From assembly GCA_963745035.1 (NCBI GenBank), contig CAVUVW010000013.1, forward strand, positions 288,001 through 352,000: a stretch of 64,000 nt of DNA. The letters are read 5' to 3'. This DNA is from an uncultured delta proteobacterium (GTDB taxonomy: Bacteria > Desulfobacterota > Binatia > UBA9968). Position 1 is the stretch's first letter; the number at the start of each line of letters is the position of its first letter. Position numbers and translations under genes: made by a program. The notes beneath the pieces are model-generated. The model saw nothing but the letters and a program-made list of their open reading frames with translations, had not been told where the DNA came from and ran no database searches. Below, one piece after another: positions 9,059-21,685 of this stretch.

Positions 9059-9129
9059 CACCGCGAAGGCACGCAGTAAGGTTCAATCTTCTTAGTCGGA
9101 ATGTTCGTGAACTTCGTGTCTTCGTGTTG
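9059..9129. repeat. REP-like imperfect inverted repeat built from CTTCGTG units
   Basis: CACCGCGAAGGCACGCAG (9059-9076) pairs imperfectly with CTTCGTGTCTTCGTGTTG (9112-9129), between convergent genes. Confidence 0.6.
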
Positions 9130-9173
9130 AATTTATTTTCGCGAAACCCGGCGGCGGCGATCGAATCGCCGGC

Positions 9174-10616
9174 TTACTGGAGCGAGGAAAATGCGGCGCG
9201 GCTCCAGTTGAGCGCGGGGCCGGGAAGCACGCCGAAATAGATCGTGCCGGAGAGCGCCAGGAAGATCGCTACGTAAACGTATGGTGATTGCCGGAAACTT
9301 CTGCCTTCCGCGCCACCTTCTTCCATGTACATCGCGACGATCACGCGCAAATAGTAAACCACGGAAAGCAAGCTGTTCAGCACGCCGATGACGGCCAGGC
9401 CCAAATATCCCGCGAGCACCGCCGAGCGAAACACATAGAACTTGCCGACAAAGCCGGCCAGCGGAGGAAAGCCGGCCAGGGACAACATGAAAATCGACAT
9501 GGCCAGACCGAGAAACGGCCGCTTGAACCCCAAGCCGGCGAAGTCGCGGTAGGTCTCGCGCGGGTCGTCGCCGTCGGCCATGCAGCCGAGCACCGCGAAC
9601 GCGCCGAAAGTCATGAGCGCGTAGGCGGCGGAGTAAAACAGCAGCGGCATGCCGCCCCATTCCTCGCCGACGATGATCGCGATCAGCAGATATCCCGCAT
9701 GAGCGATGCTCGAATACGCGAGCATGCGCTTCACGCTCGCTTGGCCGATGGCGAGCAAATTGCCGAGGGTCATCGTGGCGATGGCGACGATCCACAAGGG
9801 AAGCACCCAATCGCTGTCGAGCGGCGAAAGCTTGTGGCTGAGAATGCGCGCCCACGCCGCGAATGCCGCCGCCTTCACGGCCACCGACATAAATCCGGTG
9901 ACCGGGGTCGGCGCGCCGTCGTAGACATCCGGCACCCAGAAATGAAACGGCACGGCGCCGACTTTGAAGGCAAAGCCGATCAGCAGCAAAAAGCCGCCGC
10001 CGACCAGATAGAGCGGCCAATCGCTCGGCTCCTCCACCAAAAAGTCCGCGATCACATCGAGATTGGTCGAGCCGGCCGCGCCGTAAATAAGCGCGATGCC
10101 GTAAAGCAGAAAGCCGGTGGCAAAGGCGCCCATCAGAAAGTATTTCATCGCCGCTTCGCTCGACCGGGCGCTGCCGCGCCACATGCCGGTCAGCACGTAG
10201 ACCGCCACCGACATGGTCTCCAGTCCAAGAAAGAAAACCAGCAGGTCATTGGCCGCGGCCATGACGATCATGCCGACGGTGGCGAAAAGCACCAGCGCGT
10301 AGTATTCGCCCTCGTGAATGCCGGCCAGCCGGATGTAGTGAATCGAGGAAAGAATCGTCAGCGCGGCGATCAGCAAAAAAATCAGCGTGAAGAAAAGCGC
10401 GAAGTTGTCCAACACAATGCCGTCGCTGAACGCGCTTTCCTGCGCGCCCCAGAGCGCGATCGCCTCGCCGGTGGCGAGCCCGAGCCCGATCAGGCTGATG
10501 AACGCAAGAAAGCCCCTGGGCTCGTGCTCTTTGAAGAAAAGATCGCGCAGCAGCACGATCAGGGCCGTGAGCAGCACCTGAATGGCCGGCAGCAGAGGGA
10601 GAAGATTAACGTCCAT
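9174..10616 (-). CDS. nuoN: NADH-quinone oxidoreductase subunit N
   Basis: [43 protein letters not shown] and [10 protein letters not shown] motifs. Confidence 0.96.
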   Translation of the reverse strand: MDVNLLPLLPAIQVLLTALIVLLRDLFFKEHEPRGFLAFISLIGLGLATGEAIALWGAQESAFSDGIVLDNFALFFTLIFLLIAALTILSSIHYIRLAGIHEGEYYALVLFATVGMIVMAAANDLLVFFLGLETMSVAVYVLTGMWRGSARSSEAAMKYFLMGAFATGFLLYGIALIYGAAGSTNLDVIADFLVEEPSDWPLYLVGGGFLLLIGFAFKVGAVPFHFWVPDVYDGAPTPVTGFMSVAVKAAAFAAWARILSHKLSPLDSDWVLPLWIVAIATMTLGNLLAIGQASVKRMLAYSSIAHAGYLLIAIIVGEEWGGMPLLFYSAAYALMTFGAFAVLGCMADGDDPRETYRDFAGLGFKRPFLGLAMSIFMLSLAGFPPLAGFVGKFYVFRSAVLAGYLGLAVIGVLNSLLSVVYYLRVIVAMYMEEGGAEGRSFRQSPYVYVAIFLALSGTIYFGVLPGPALNWSRAAFSSLQ

Positions 10617-12154
10617 GGTCGTTGCGCTCGACGCGGCTGACGCGATCGGCCGGCGCCCCCGGATTCGCAGCGGCGGTGATTTTTTTCAAGGTCAGCGCCG
10701 CCGCCGGTTCGATGCGCTGCAAAAACGGCCGCGGGTAAACGCCCATCACGACGATCAGAATCAGAATCGGCGCGAGCAGCAACAGCTCGCGGCCGTCTAA
10801 ATCGCGCAAATTCTTATTTGCCGCGTTGGTCAGCGGGCCGAAAACCACCCGCCGGTACATCCAGAGCATATAAATCGCGCCGAGGATCACGCCGGTGGCG
10901 GCCGCCGCGGTCCAGCCCGGCGTGACGCCGAAGGCGCCGAGCAAAATCAAGAACTCGCCCACGAAGCCGTTCAGTCCGGGCAAGCCGACGGAGGAAAACA
11001 TGACGACGAGAAGGATCACGGAAAACAGCGGGATGACTTTCCACAAGCCGCCGAAATCGTCGATCATGCGCGTGTGGCGGCGGTCGTAAATCATGCCGAC
11101 CAGGAGAAACAGCGCGCCGGTGGAGAGCCCGTGGCTGATCATTTGATAGATCGCGCCCTGCACGCCCTGCAGGTTGAACGCGAACAGGCCGAGCATGACG
11201 AATCCCAAGTGGCTCACCGACGAATAGGCGACGAGCTTCTTGATGTCGCTCTGCATCATCGCCACGGCGGCGCCGTAGATGATGCCGATCACCGCCAGGG
11301 CGATGATGACCGGCGCCGCCGCGACGGCCGCGTCGGGAAAAAGCGGCATGGCGAAGCGCAGAAAACCGTACGTGCCGAGCTTGAGCAGAACGCCGGCAAG
11401 AATCACTGAGCCCGCCGTCGGCGCCTCCACGTGGGCGTCGGGCAGCCAGGTATGAAACGGAAAGAGCGGGACTTTGATCGCGAAAGACAAGGCGAAGGCG
11501 CCAAACAGCCACATCTGTTGCTCGAGCGGCAGGCGCAGGCCGTAGAGCTTCAGCAGATCGAAGGTCAGCGCTTGTTGGACCTCGGCGTGGCGCGCGGCCA
11601 GGTAGATGATCGCCACCAGCATGAGCAGGCTGCCCGCCATCGTGTAGATGACGAACTTGAGCGCGGCGTAGATGCGCCGGGTTCCGCCCCACACGCCGAT
11701 CAGAAAATACATCGGCACCAGCATCACTTCCCAGAAGACGTAAAAGAGAAACAGATCGAGCGCGACAAAGGCGCCGAGCATGCCGGTTTCCAAGAGCAGC
11801 ATGAAAATCAGATACTCTTTTACCCTCTCCTGTAACCGACCACGAGGCGAGGATCGCGATCGGCATCAGCAAGGTCGTCAACAGAACGAGAAACAAACTG
11901 ATGCCGTCGATGCCGACGATGTATTCGATGCCGAAAGCGGGCATCCACCGGGACGCGCTCGACGAACTGCATCTCGCCGCTGCTCCCGTCGAATCCCGCG
12001 AGAATCTGCACGGATAGGAGAAATGTGACCCCGCTCGCGATCAGCGCGAGAGCAAACAGCGTGCCGGTCAAGCGCCGCGGCACAAGCGCGAGCAGCACCG
12101 CGCCGGCGGCGGGAAGGGCGAGCAACAAGCTCAAGTATCCGATGCAGCCGACAT
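10606..12154 (-). CDS. nuoM: NADH-quinone oxidoreductase subunit M (frameshifted near the 5' end)
   Basis: [38 protein letters not shown] and [11 protein letters not shown], spread over ORFs 11820-12134, 10814-11944 and 10606-11802. Confidence 0.93.
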
Positions 12155-12156
12155 GG

Positions 12157-14078
12157 TTACGGTTGTCCGATGTAGTAGCCCAGCAGCGCCAGGGTGCCGA
12201 GCAGAAAGCCGGCGACGTAGTGCTGCACGTTGCCGGTCTGGAGGCCGCGCCAGGCCCAACTGAGACCGCGTGCCGCGGCGGCGACGCCGTTCACGGTTCC
12301 ATCGATCACCCATGGGTCGATGAACTGGGCAAAGAAGCGCGAGCAGGCGGTAAACGGCCGCACGATTACCCGGTCATAAAATTCATCGACATAATATTTG
12401 TTGAGCGACAGACGATAGAGCGTGTTCCCCTCCGACTCGTTCGGCGCCCTGCGCCCGCCCGGCCATATTTCACGTAGGCGAGGTAAATGCCGGCGGCGAC
12501 CACCGCGAGCGTCAGCAAAGTCACCAGGATTTCGCTGCTGACCGAGCCGTGATGTTCCGGCGCGCCGAAAATTCGCTTCGAGCCAATGATCCCACCGGCT
12601 ACCCCATAGATACTCCGGCGCGCCCAACCAGCCGGCAAAAATCGATCCGACCGCGAGAACCATCAAGGGCAAAGTCATCGACGCCGGCGATTCGTGCAGA
12701 TGCGCCTTGGCGTGATCGTCGGCGCGGCACTCGCCGTGAAACACCATGAAAAAGCTGGCGAAACATGTAAAAGGCGGTCAAGCCGGCGGTGACAAGGCCG
12801 ACGGCCCAGAGAACGTATGCGCCGTGGCTGAAGGCCTGCCAGAGAATCAAGTCCTTGGAGAAAAATCCCGCCGTCAAAGGCACGCCGGCGATCGCCAGCG
12901 TCGCGACCACGTAAGTCCAATACGTCGTCGGCATGGATGACCGAAGCCCGCCCATTTGGCGCATGTCCTGGTCGCCGCCGAGCGCGTGAATCACGCTACC
13001 CGAGCCGAGAAACAGGCAGGCCTTGAAAAACGCATGGGTGAAAACATGAAAGATCGCCGCGCTGAACGCTCCGAGACCCACGGCCAGAAACATGTAGCCG
13101 AGCTGGCTCACGGTCGAGTAGGCCAAAACTTTTTTGATGTCGTTTTGCGTGAGCGCGATGGTCGCGGCGAAAAACGCCGTCGCCGCGCCGATCCAGGCGA
13201 TGAGGGCCAGTGTCGCCGGCGCCAGCGCAAAGAGAAAATGCAGCCGCGCGGTCATGTAGACGCCGGCGGTGACCATCGTAGCGGCGTGGATCAACGCGCT
13301 CACCGGCGTCGGCCCGGCCATGGCGTCGGGCAGCCACACGAACAGCGGGATCTGCGCCGATTTCCCCGCGGCGCCGACAAAGAGCAGCAGCGTGATCAGG
13401 CCGACCGTGGCCGGATTCATCATTTGCGCGTGCTTTTGCAGCTCGGCGAAATCCAAGGTCCAGACGCCCTGACGGCCCAGCTCGGTAACCAGGAGAAGGA
13501 TGCCCAAGATAAAACCGAAGTCGCCGATCCGGTTGACGATGAAAGCCTTGTTTCCCGCAATCGTGTTGTTGTGATCCTCGTACCAGAAGCCGATCAAAAG
13601 GTAGGAGCAAAGCCCGACGCCCTCCCAGCCGACGAACAGCAGCAGCAGATTATCGGCCATGATCAGCAGCAGCATGAAAAAGATGAAGAGATTGAGATAA
13701 ACGAAGAAGCGCGCCATGCCGTCGTCGTGCGCCATGTAGCCGAGGGAATAGACGTGAATCAGGAAGCCGATGCCGGTGACGATCAGCAGCATGACCGCCG
13801 TCAGCGCGTCGACTTGCAGCGAAAAGGCGATTTTGAAAGAGCCCGACTCGATCCACGTGTAGATCCAATCGCGCAAGACGCCCGCCGCCGGCAACTGAAA
13901 AAAGACGTAAAGCGCGATCGCGAACGACGCGCCCACTGCCGCGCACGCGAGCGCGCCGGCGCTCCCGCGCCCGAGCGCCCGGCCGGCGAAGAGATTGACC
14001 GCGCTCGCCGCGCAGCGGAATCAAAAGAATCCAGCGCAGAAGATCGGAGGCCGCCACGCCGGTCTCGGGAGTCACCAT
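12157..14078 (-). CDS. nuoL: NADH-quinone oxidoreductase subunit L (frameshifted)
   Basis: [59 protein letters not shown] and QTGNVQHY across frames. Confidence 0.93.
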
Positions 14079-14374
14079 TTGAGCAGTTGCATCTCCTGGG
14101 GATCGAGGCTTTGGCGATGGCGGAATACGGAAATGATGATCGCGAGACCGATGACGGCCTCGGCTGCGGCGACGGCCATGACGAAGAAAACCGCCACCTG
14201 CCCTTCCATGGAGCCGAGAAAGCGCGAAAACGCAATGAAGGTCAGATTGACCGCATTGAGCATCAGCTCGATCGACATCAAAACGACGATGAGATTGCGC
14301 CGCGCCAGCACGCCGATGACGCCGATGGCGAACACCACAGCGCTCAGAATCAAGTAATACTCGAGCGGCACCAT
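14072..14374 (-). CDS. nuoK: NADH-quinone oxidoreductase subunit K
   Basis: [10 protein letters not shown]...[19 protein letters not shown]...[13 protein letters not shown]. Confidence 0.95.
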   Translation of the reverse strand: MVPLEYYLILSAVVFAIGVIGVLARRNLIVVLMSIELMLNAVNLTFIAFSRFLGSMEGQVAVFFVMAVAAAEAVIGLAIIISVFRHRQSLDPQEMQLLKW

Positions 14375-14378
14375 GAGA

Positions 14379-14871
14379 TCAGCGTTCCCGCTTGGCCAGC
14401 ACCACCGCGCCGATGATCGCCACCAGCAGCAGTATCGAGGCGATCTCGAACGGCAGAACAAAATCGCCGAAAAGACTTTTGGCGAGCATCTCCGGGCTGC
14501 CGAATGGTTCAGTGGACGACCGGGCCGGCTGCCGTTTTTGCTTGCGTCAGCATCGACGCCAGCACGCCGCCGAGCAGCAAGGCGAGCAAGCCCGAGAACC
14601 CGAGCCACCGTTGGCGGCGCTCTTCGGGCGCCGTGACGTTCAAAAACATGATGACGAAAAGAAACAGGACCATGATGGCGCCGGCGTATACCAGAATCTG
14701 CAGCACGCCGACCATCGGCGCCTGCAACGTGATGAAGAAAATCGAGATGATCAGCAGCGCGGCGACCAGCGCCATTGCGCAGTGCACGACGTTGCGCAGC
14801 AAGACCACGAGCAGCGAAAAAATCACCAGCAGACCGGCGAGCGCGAAAAACAGCAAGGTCGAAGCATCCAT
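14379..14871 (-). CDS. nuoJ: NADH-quinone oxidoreductase subunit J (frameshift near 14515)
   Basis: RNVVHCA and [20 protein letters not shown]. The C-terminus [26 protein letters not shown] is in another frame. Confidence 0.92.
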
Positions 14872-14883
14872 GGCGTTTCGGTT

Positions 14884-16006
14884 TTACTGCACGGCAAGGA
14901 TGACGAGCGCAGTGACGACGACGTTGAGCAGCGCTAGCGGCAGCATCATCTTCCAGCCGAGCCGCATGACTTGATCGTAGCGAAACCGCGGCACGCTCCA
15001 ACGCAAAAGAATCTGCAGCCAGCAAAAAAACAGCACCTTGAGAGTAAAAGCGCCGACCTGCAAGCCGACCACCGCCAGGTGCGGCAAAAGCCACTGGTCG
15101 CCCCAGGGAAAATGAAAGCCGTCGCGCAGCAGCTAGGGGACCTGCCAGCCGCCGAAGAAAAGCGTCGTCACCAGCCCCGCCGCGGTCACGATCTCGGCGA
15201 ACTCTCCGGCAAAAAACATCAGAAACTTGCCGCCGGAGTATTCGACGTGATAGCCCGCGACGAGCTCCGACTCGCCTTCGGGCAGATCGAACGGTATCCG
15301 CTTGGTCTCCGCCACGGCGGCGGTGAAAAACAGCAGAAACGCCAGCGGCTGCAGAAAGATCCCCCACGCGGGCAGCCAGCCGAACACCGGCTGCAGGCTC
15401 GCGGGCAGCAGATCGCGCATCAACGCGCCCTGGCCGCGCACGATCTCTTGCAATTCCAAAGTGCCGTAAACCATGAGGATGCCCATGACCGACAGCCCCA
15501 TCGCGATCTCGTAGGAGATCATCTGCGCCGAGCCGCGCACGCCGCCGAGCAAAGAGAACTTATTGTTCGAAGCCCAGGCGCCGATGACGATGCCGTACAC
15601 GCCGAGCGAGCCCATGGCGAAAATGTAGAGGATGCCGATGTTCAGGTTGGCGACCTGCAAGTTGATCGCGCGCTCGCCGATGTAAAGCACGTCGCCGAAG
15701 GGAATCACCGCGAAGGCCACGAGCGCCGTAAATAAGCGCCATGCACGGCGCCAGGGTATGGAGAAACTTGTCGCCCGCCGGCGGGATAAAGTCTTCTTTG
15801 GTGAGAAACTTGAGCGGATCGGCGATCAAGGTATTGACCAATCCCAGACCGGCGAACCCGAAAATCGACGCGCGGTTGGCGCCGATGCGGTCTTGAATGA
15901 GCGCGCTTCCCTTGCGCTCGACCCAGCCGAGAATGCCGGCCAGATTGAGGACCATGAAGAGGACGAGAAACGCTTTGGTCGCGATAATCGCCAGATCAAC
16001 GATCAT
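14884..16006 (-). CDS. nuoH: NADH-quinone oxidoreductase subunit H (frameshifted)
   Basis: [52 protein letters not shown] and [14 protein letters not shown]. Confidence 0.93.
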
Positions 16007-17594
16007 GATGCTCCGCCGCCGCCACTCCCACTTCGATGCCCTGATCGCCGATCGAGTCGAAATCCAACCCTTGGTAGACGGGTTTTCCCGCGCCAGCGCT
16101 TTGAAAATCTCGGCGGGACTTGCGTAACCGTTGCGTTCGCCGCCGAGATCCAAAAGTTGAATGAAAATCTCGCTGTCCTGGAGCGCGCCTTCGGGCGGGA
16201 TCAGCGCGGCGTTGAGTTTTTGCACGCGCCCCTTCCGATTGGTGTAGGTGCCCTCTTTTTCGCCGAAATGAGTCGCGGGCAGAACCACATGCGCCAGCTT
16301 CGCGGTCTCACTGAGCCGCGTGTCCTGAACAACCAGAAACGATAGCTTTTCCAGCGCCGCCCGCACCTTATCGGGTTGCGCCTCTGTTGTGATCAAGTCT
16401 TCGCCGACGACGTAGGCGCCGACGAAAAATTGCCGGCGATGAGCTTGGCCAAAAGCGCATCATAACCACCGTTCGAGCTCACGCCCATATCCCGCGCGCC
16501 GCGGAAATTGGGCGAACGATCCGGGCTCATGAGGATCTTTTGCACCGGCGTGAGCTCGCGCTCCTGATAGAACACTTCCAGCGCATGCTCGGCGGAAATC
16601 TTTTTTACAAGCTTGGCGAACAGGTAAGCCTCTTCATTGGTGTTTCGTCCGGAGAGAATACCGGCGAGGGGCTTACGCCGAGCCGAGGCCGGAAAACACC
16701 GCTTGCAGCGCAACTTCCCAACTCGTCGGCACCAATCCGCCTTCCTGGCGGATCATGGGCGTGGTCAAGCGCTCGCCGCCGGCCAGATCGTGAAAGCAGT
16801 AACGTCCCTCGTCGCACAGCCAATGGCTGTTGACCGCTTCATTCACTCGCGGCTTAAAGCGCGCGATGCGGTTCTGATAGGTCTCGACGCTGATATTGCA
16901 GCCGGTGCTGCAGCCCGGACAAATCGACGGAGTCTTGTTGCAGGTACCAGACCCTGACTTTGAAACGAAAATCGCGATCGGTGAGCGCGCCGACCGGGCA
17001 AATGTCGACGACGTTGGCCGACAGCGGATTGTCGAGGGTGGCGCCCGGAAATAGATCGATCGTCGAATGATCGCTGCGGTTGACCACGGTAAGCTCGTCG
17101 GTCTTGGTGATTTCCTGGCAGAAGCGCACGCAGCGCGTGCATTTGATGCAGCGCTCGCCGTCGAACACGACGTTCGGCCCGAAAATCGTTCGCTTGCGAT
17201 CGTGAACCTTGCCGACCTCGAAGCGGCTCTCCTGGCGATCATGCTGCATGTAATAGTCTTGCAGCCAGCATTCGCCCGCCTGATCGCAGATCGGGCAGTC
17301 CACCGGATGATTGATCAGGAGAAATTCGAGCACCGCTTTGCGCACCGCGAGCACTTTCGGGCTCTGCGTTAAGACGCCCATGCCTTCGGCCACCTGCGTA
17401 TTGCAGGCGATCTGCAGCTTGGGCATTTTTTCGATCTCGACCATGCACATGCGGCAATTGCCGGCGATGGAAAGCTTCGGATGATAGCAATAGTGCGGGA
17501 TCGCCACGCCCACTTCGGCCGCCGCCTGAATGACGGTCTTGCCTTTGGTGGTGACGACCTCTTTGCCGTCGATGGTGATTTTTACCGGGTCCAT
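15996..17594 (-). CDS. nuoG: NADH-quinone oxidoreductase subunit G, short form (frameshifted)
   Basis: CYHPKLSIAGNCRMC, HPVDCPICDQAGEC, CIKCTRC, CPVGAL, CPGCSTGC...WLCDEGR, and C-term VVLPATHFGEKEGTYTN. Confidence 0.9.
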
Positions 17595-17607
17595 GGTTCG
17601 AAAAAAG

Positions 17608-17687
17608 TCGAAGATCGAAGATGGATGATAGAGGATCGCGTTGGAGCAATGCTCATCACTCGATCCTCCATCCTCCAGCACTCATCA
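17608..17687. repeat. intergenic heptamer-repeat hairpin between nuoF and nuoG
   Basis: TCGAAGA TCGAAGA TGGATGA TAGAGGA TCG, a spacer, then CTCGATC CTCCATC CTCCAGC ACTCATC. Confidence 0.75.
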
Positions 17688-18955
17688 TTCCGCCACCGTG
17701 CACCGTTTCTCCGCGATGTGCGCTTCGAATTCGTCGCGAAATTCTTGATGAACGCCGCGGCGGGCATGGCCGCGGCATCGCCGAAGGGGCAGATCGTGTT
17801 GCCCATGATGTTGCCGCTCGACGTTCAAAATCAGATCGAGATCGCCTTGTTCACCCTCGCCGTATTCGATGCGATGAAAAATCTTTCTCCATCCAGTGGC
17901 AGCCTTCGCGGCACGGGCTGCATTGGCCGCAGGATTCGTGCGCGAAAAAGCGGGCAAGGTTCCACGCGGCGCGCACCATGCACGTGGTTTCGTCCATGAC
18001 GATCACCCCGCCGGAGCCGAGCAGGCTGCCCGCCGCCTGAACCGATTCATAGTCCAGATTGACCTTTTCGATCTCCTCGGGCCGCAGCACCGGCATCGAT
18101 CCGCCGCCGGGAATCACGCCTTTGAGTTTCTTGCCGTTGGGCACGCCGCCGCAGTCTTCCTCGAGAAATTTTTTGAACGGATAGCCCATCTCCAGCTCGT
18201 AGACGCCCGGACGGGCGATATGGCCGCTGACGCTGAAGAGTTTGGTGCCTTTGCTCTTCTCCGTGCCGATCGCCGCGTAGGCCGCCGCGCCGCGGTCGAG
18301 AATCCACGGCAGCGCCGCCAGGGTTTCCACGTTGTTCACCACCGTCGGGCAACCGAACAGACCGTGGGTCGCCGGAAACGGCGGCTTCAACTTTGGGCCA
18401 GCCGCGCCCGCCTTCCAAGGACGAGAGCAGCGCGGTTTCTTCGCCGCAGATATAAGCGCCCGCGCCGCGGTGGACGATCACGTCCAGGTCATAGCCCGAG
18501 CCGAGAATATTCTTGCCGATATAGCCCGCCTGATAAGCTTCTTCGACGGCGCGCTCCAAGCGCGTGGCGCCGAAGGCCAGCTCGCCGCGCACGTAAATAA
18601 ACGCGGTGTGCGACTGGATCGCGAAGGCGGCGATCAAAGTGCCTTCGATGGTCGCATGCGGATCTTCCTCGATCAGCAGGCGGTCCTTGAAGGTGCCCGG
18701 CTCGCTCTCGTCGGCGTTGCACACGAGATATTTGGGCTTCGGATTGTCTTTGGGCACGAAGCTCCACTTCATGCCGGTCGGAAATCCCGCGCCGCCGCGG
18801 CCGCGCAGCCCGGAAGCTTTCACTTCCTCGATCAACTGCTCCGGCTTCATGCCGCCGGCAACTTTCTGCCAGGACGCGTAACCGCCGCGGGAGCGGTATG
18901 TCCCCAGCGTGTGCGAGTCGGCTATGCCGATATTTCGGAGCAGAATCTTTTCCAT
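17685..18955 (-). CDS. nuoF: NADH-quinone oxidoreductase subunit F (frameshifted)
   Basis: [52 protein letters not shown] and TICPFGDAA. Confidence 0.94.
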
Positions 18956-18990
18956 GTCGCTACACGTATCTAAAACGCAGTGAAACCTTT

Positions 18991-19464
18991 TTACTTTAGT
19001 GAATCGAGAATCTCACTGATCTTCCCCTCGGTGAGATTCTCATAGTAGTCGTCATTCACTTGCATCATCGGCGCCGTGCCGCACGAAGCCAGGCATTCGA
19101 CTTCGTTCAGCGTAAATCGACCGTCCGGCGTCGTCTGCCCGGGCTCGATGCCCAGCTTTCCTTTGATCATCGAGGTGACCATTTCGGCGCCGCGCAGCGC
19201 ACAAGATAGCGTGCGGCAGACCTGAATATGATGGCGGCCGATCGGCTTCATATTGAACATGGTGTAAAAGCTCACCACGCCATAGACCCGCGCCGGAGAC
19301 TGTTCCATGAGTCTGGCGACGTAGTCGATCGCTTCGGGCCCGATGTGGCCGAACTCTCGCTGCGCGAGATAAAGCACCGGCAACATCGCCGCTTCTTTTT
19401 TCGGATAGCGCGCGACGATCGCTTCGAACTCTTTCATCGCCGCCGGTGAGAATTCTAATGCCAT
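18991..19464 (-). CDS. nuoE: NADH-quinone oxidoreductase subunit E
   Basis: VCRTLSC...[11 protein letters not shown] 2Fe-2S motif. Confidence 0.95.
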   Translation of the reverse strand: MALEFSPAAMKEFEAIVARYPKKEAAMLPVLYLAQREFGHIGPEAIDYVARLMEQSPARVYGVVSFYTMFNMKPIGRHHIQVCRTLSCALRGAEMVTSMIKGKLGIEPGQTTPDGRFTLNEVECLASCGTAPMMQVNDDYYENLTEGKISEILDSLK

Positions 19465-19471
19465 TGTCCTT

Positions 19472-19533
19472 GAAATCGAGAATCGAGAATCGCCATCGAC
19501 TGCCTTCTGATCTCCTCAATCCTCGATCCTCGA
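19472..19533. repeat. intergenic heptamer-repeat hairpin between nuoD and nuoE
   Basis: GAAATCG AGAATCG AGAATCG CCATCG, a spacer, then CTCAATC CTCGATC CTCGAC. Confidence 0.7.
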
Positions 19534-19539
19534 CCATTA

Positions 19540-20733
19540 CTAACGGTCACACTCGCCGCCGATCATGTTCACCATGCCGAACGTCGGCACGATGTCGGCT
19601 ATCATGTAGCCCCGGATCATCTCGTGAAACGCCCCCATGGCGATAAAACATGGCGGGCGCACCCGGATGCGATAGGGCCTGCCGCCGCCGTCGCTGACGA
19701 TATAAAAGCCCAGCTCGCCGTTGCCGCCTTCCACCGCGAAATAGGTTTCACCGGGGGGAACCTTGATGCCTTCCATGATGATCTTGAAATGGTGCATCAA
19801 CCCTTCGATGCTGCCATAGACTTTTTCCTTTTCCGGCAGGACAAACCGCGGGTCATCGATCCATACCGGGCCAACCGGCAGTTTTTCGAGCGCCTGCTCG
19901 ACGATCCGCATGCTCTGCTGAAGCTCGGCGATGCGGCAGACGAACCGATCGTAATTATCGCCCTTCGAGCCGACCGGCACTTCGAAATCCATCTGATCGT
20001 AGACCAAGTAGGGAAAAGCCGTGCGCACGTCGTAGCTCACGCCGGTGGAACGCAGGATCGGACCCGGTAAGGCAGTAGCTCAAAGCCGTTTCCTGAGAAA
20101 TCACACCGACGTTCGACATGCGGTCGAGAAAGATCCGATTGCGCGACAGCAGGCGGTCGCAATCGTCGAGCGAGCCGGCGAATGGTTTTGAAGCTTTGCG
20201 CCACGTGTTCGGCAAAGTCGTGCTGCAAGTCATGCTTTAATCCGCCGATTCGCACATAAGTGACGGTCAGGCGGGCGCCCGTCAGGCTCTCGATAATTCG
20301 GATGATCAGCTCGCGCGCTTCGATCATGTAGAAGCCGGCTGTGATTGCGCCGAGCTCCGAAGACGCCATGCCGCAGCAGGTGAGGTGATCGTAAATGCGC
20401 GCCAGCTCGCTGACGATGACGCGTATATACTGGCAGCGCGGCGGCGTTTCCGCGCCGATGAGCTTCTCCACGGCCAAGGCGTAGCCGACGTTGTTGATCA
20501 GCGATGAAGCGTAGTTCAGCCGGTCGGTATACGGAATGACCTGGGTCCAGGTCGCTTGCTCGCAGCTCTTGTCAAAACCTCGATGGAGATAGCCGACCTC
20601 GACATCGCAATTCAGCACCTTCTCGCCTTCGGAGCTTGAGGTCAAACTTGATGGTGCCGTGGGTCGCCGGATGCGACGGCCCCATCTGCAATTCCATCGT
20701 ATCGAGCGCGAGCTCTTTGCTTTCAGCTTTCAT
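19540..20733 (-). CDS. nuoD: NADH-quinone oxidoreductase subunit D (frameshifted)
   Basis: MGPSHPATHG, GYLHRG, TDRLNY, EGGNGELG and GECDR C-terminus across frames. Confidence 0.93.
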
Positions 20734-20745
20734 GGCTTGAAATGG

Positions 20746-21306
20746 TCAAATCTTTGAACCCAAGGCTTTTTTCAGACGCAGCAATTTGTTGTGCGATCGC
20801 TCATCCACAAAGGTGCCGTCCACGGGCCGCTCAGGAACTCGCGGTTGGACCTGGTTTACCGGATAATCTTTGCGCAATGGGAATCCGACGAACTCCTCAT
20901 AAAGCAGAACGCGGCGGAGATCCGGATGATCGAGGAAGCGAATGCCGAAAAGATCCCAAACCTCGCGTTCCATGAAGTTGGCGCCGCGCCAAAGCGGCGT
21001 GAGCGACTCGACGGACGGATCGTTTTCCGGTACGGGTACACGCACGCGCAAACGTCTCCGTCCGGCGCGCGAAAGAATTTGATAGACGACTTCGAAGCGC
21101 GGCTCTTTCTTGCGCCAATAATCGACAGCCGTAATGTCGGAGAGAAAATCGTAGTCGAGCTGATGGTCTTCCTTCAAAAACCGAAAGCTCTCGCGCAAGC
21201 CGGCTCGATCGAGCATCAACACGTCGTCGCCCTGCGGCTGAATGACCTCAAGCACTTTGGAGCCGAGGCGCTCCTGGATGTAAGACAGATGGGGGCTCTC
21301 AGACAT
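20746..21306 (-). CDS. nuoC: NADH-quinone oxidoreductase subunit C
   Basis: DITAVDY, EREVWDLFGI, HPDLRR and PLRKDYP. Confidence 0.95.
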   Translation of the reverse strand: MSESPHLSYIQERLGSKVLEVIQPQGDDVLMLDRAGLRESFRFLKEDHQLDYDFLSDITAVDYWRKKEPRFEVVYQILSRAGRRRLRVRVPVPENDPSVESLTPLWRGANFMEREVWDLFGIRFLDHPDLRRVLLYEEFVGFPLRKDYPVNQVQPRVPERPVDGTFVDERSHNKLLRLKKALGSKI

Positions 21307-21312
21307 GCACGA

Positions 21313-21669
21313 TCAATCCCAATCCAGGGCTCCCTTTTTCCAAACATAGACGTAGCCGACGGTGAGAATGATGAGAAAAATTCCCATCTGGACCAGACCG
21401 AACATACCCAACTGGCGGAAATAAATCGCCCACGGATACAAAAAGACCACTTCCAGATCGAAAATAAGAAACAGCATGGCGATCAAATAAAAGCGCACCG
21501 AGAAGCGGATCCGCGCATCGCCTTTGGGCGGATTGCCCGACTCGAACGGCTCTGCCTTGGCCGGATTAGTGGACTTCGGGCCAACTTTGCTGGCCACCAT
21601 CAGCAAAGCGAACACCACCACCGCGGCGATGCCGAACGTAACCAGCAGCGGCAAATAAGGATGATCCAT
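21313..21669 (-). CDS. nuoA: NADH-quinone oxidoreductase subunit A
   Basis: EPFESG, FYLIAMLFLIFDLEVVFLYPWA and WKKGALDWD. Confidence 0.96.
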   Translation of the reverse strand: MDHPYLPLLVTFGIAAVVVFALLMVASKVGPKSTNPAKAEPFESGNPPKGDARIRFSVRFYLIAMLFLIFDLEVVFLYPWAIYFRQLGMFGLVQMGIFLIILTVGYVYVWKKGALDWD

Positions 21670-21685
21670 GAACTATTACACGTTT

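Noticed and set aside
9288-14416. Long plus-strand ORFs (9288-10640, 12956-14416) opposite the nuo genes
   Set aside because: Antisense shadow ORFs typical of high-GC coding DNA, with no recognisable motifs.
14072-15367. Apparent 431-aa NuoK fusion ORF
   Set aside because: Only the last 100 aa are NuoK. The rest is off-frame read-through of nuoH and nuoJ.
16854-17681. N-terminal extension on NuoG
   Set aside because: It translates the intergenic heptamer repeat. The real start is ATG 17594.
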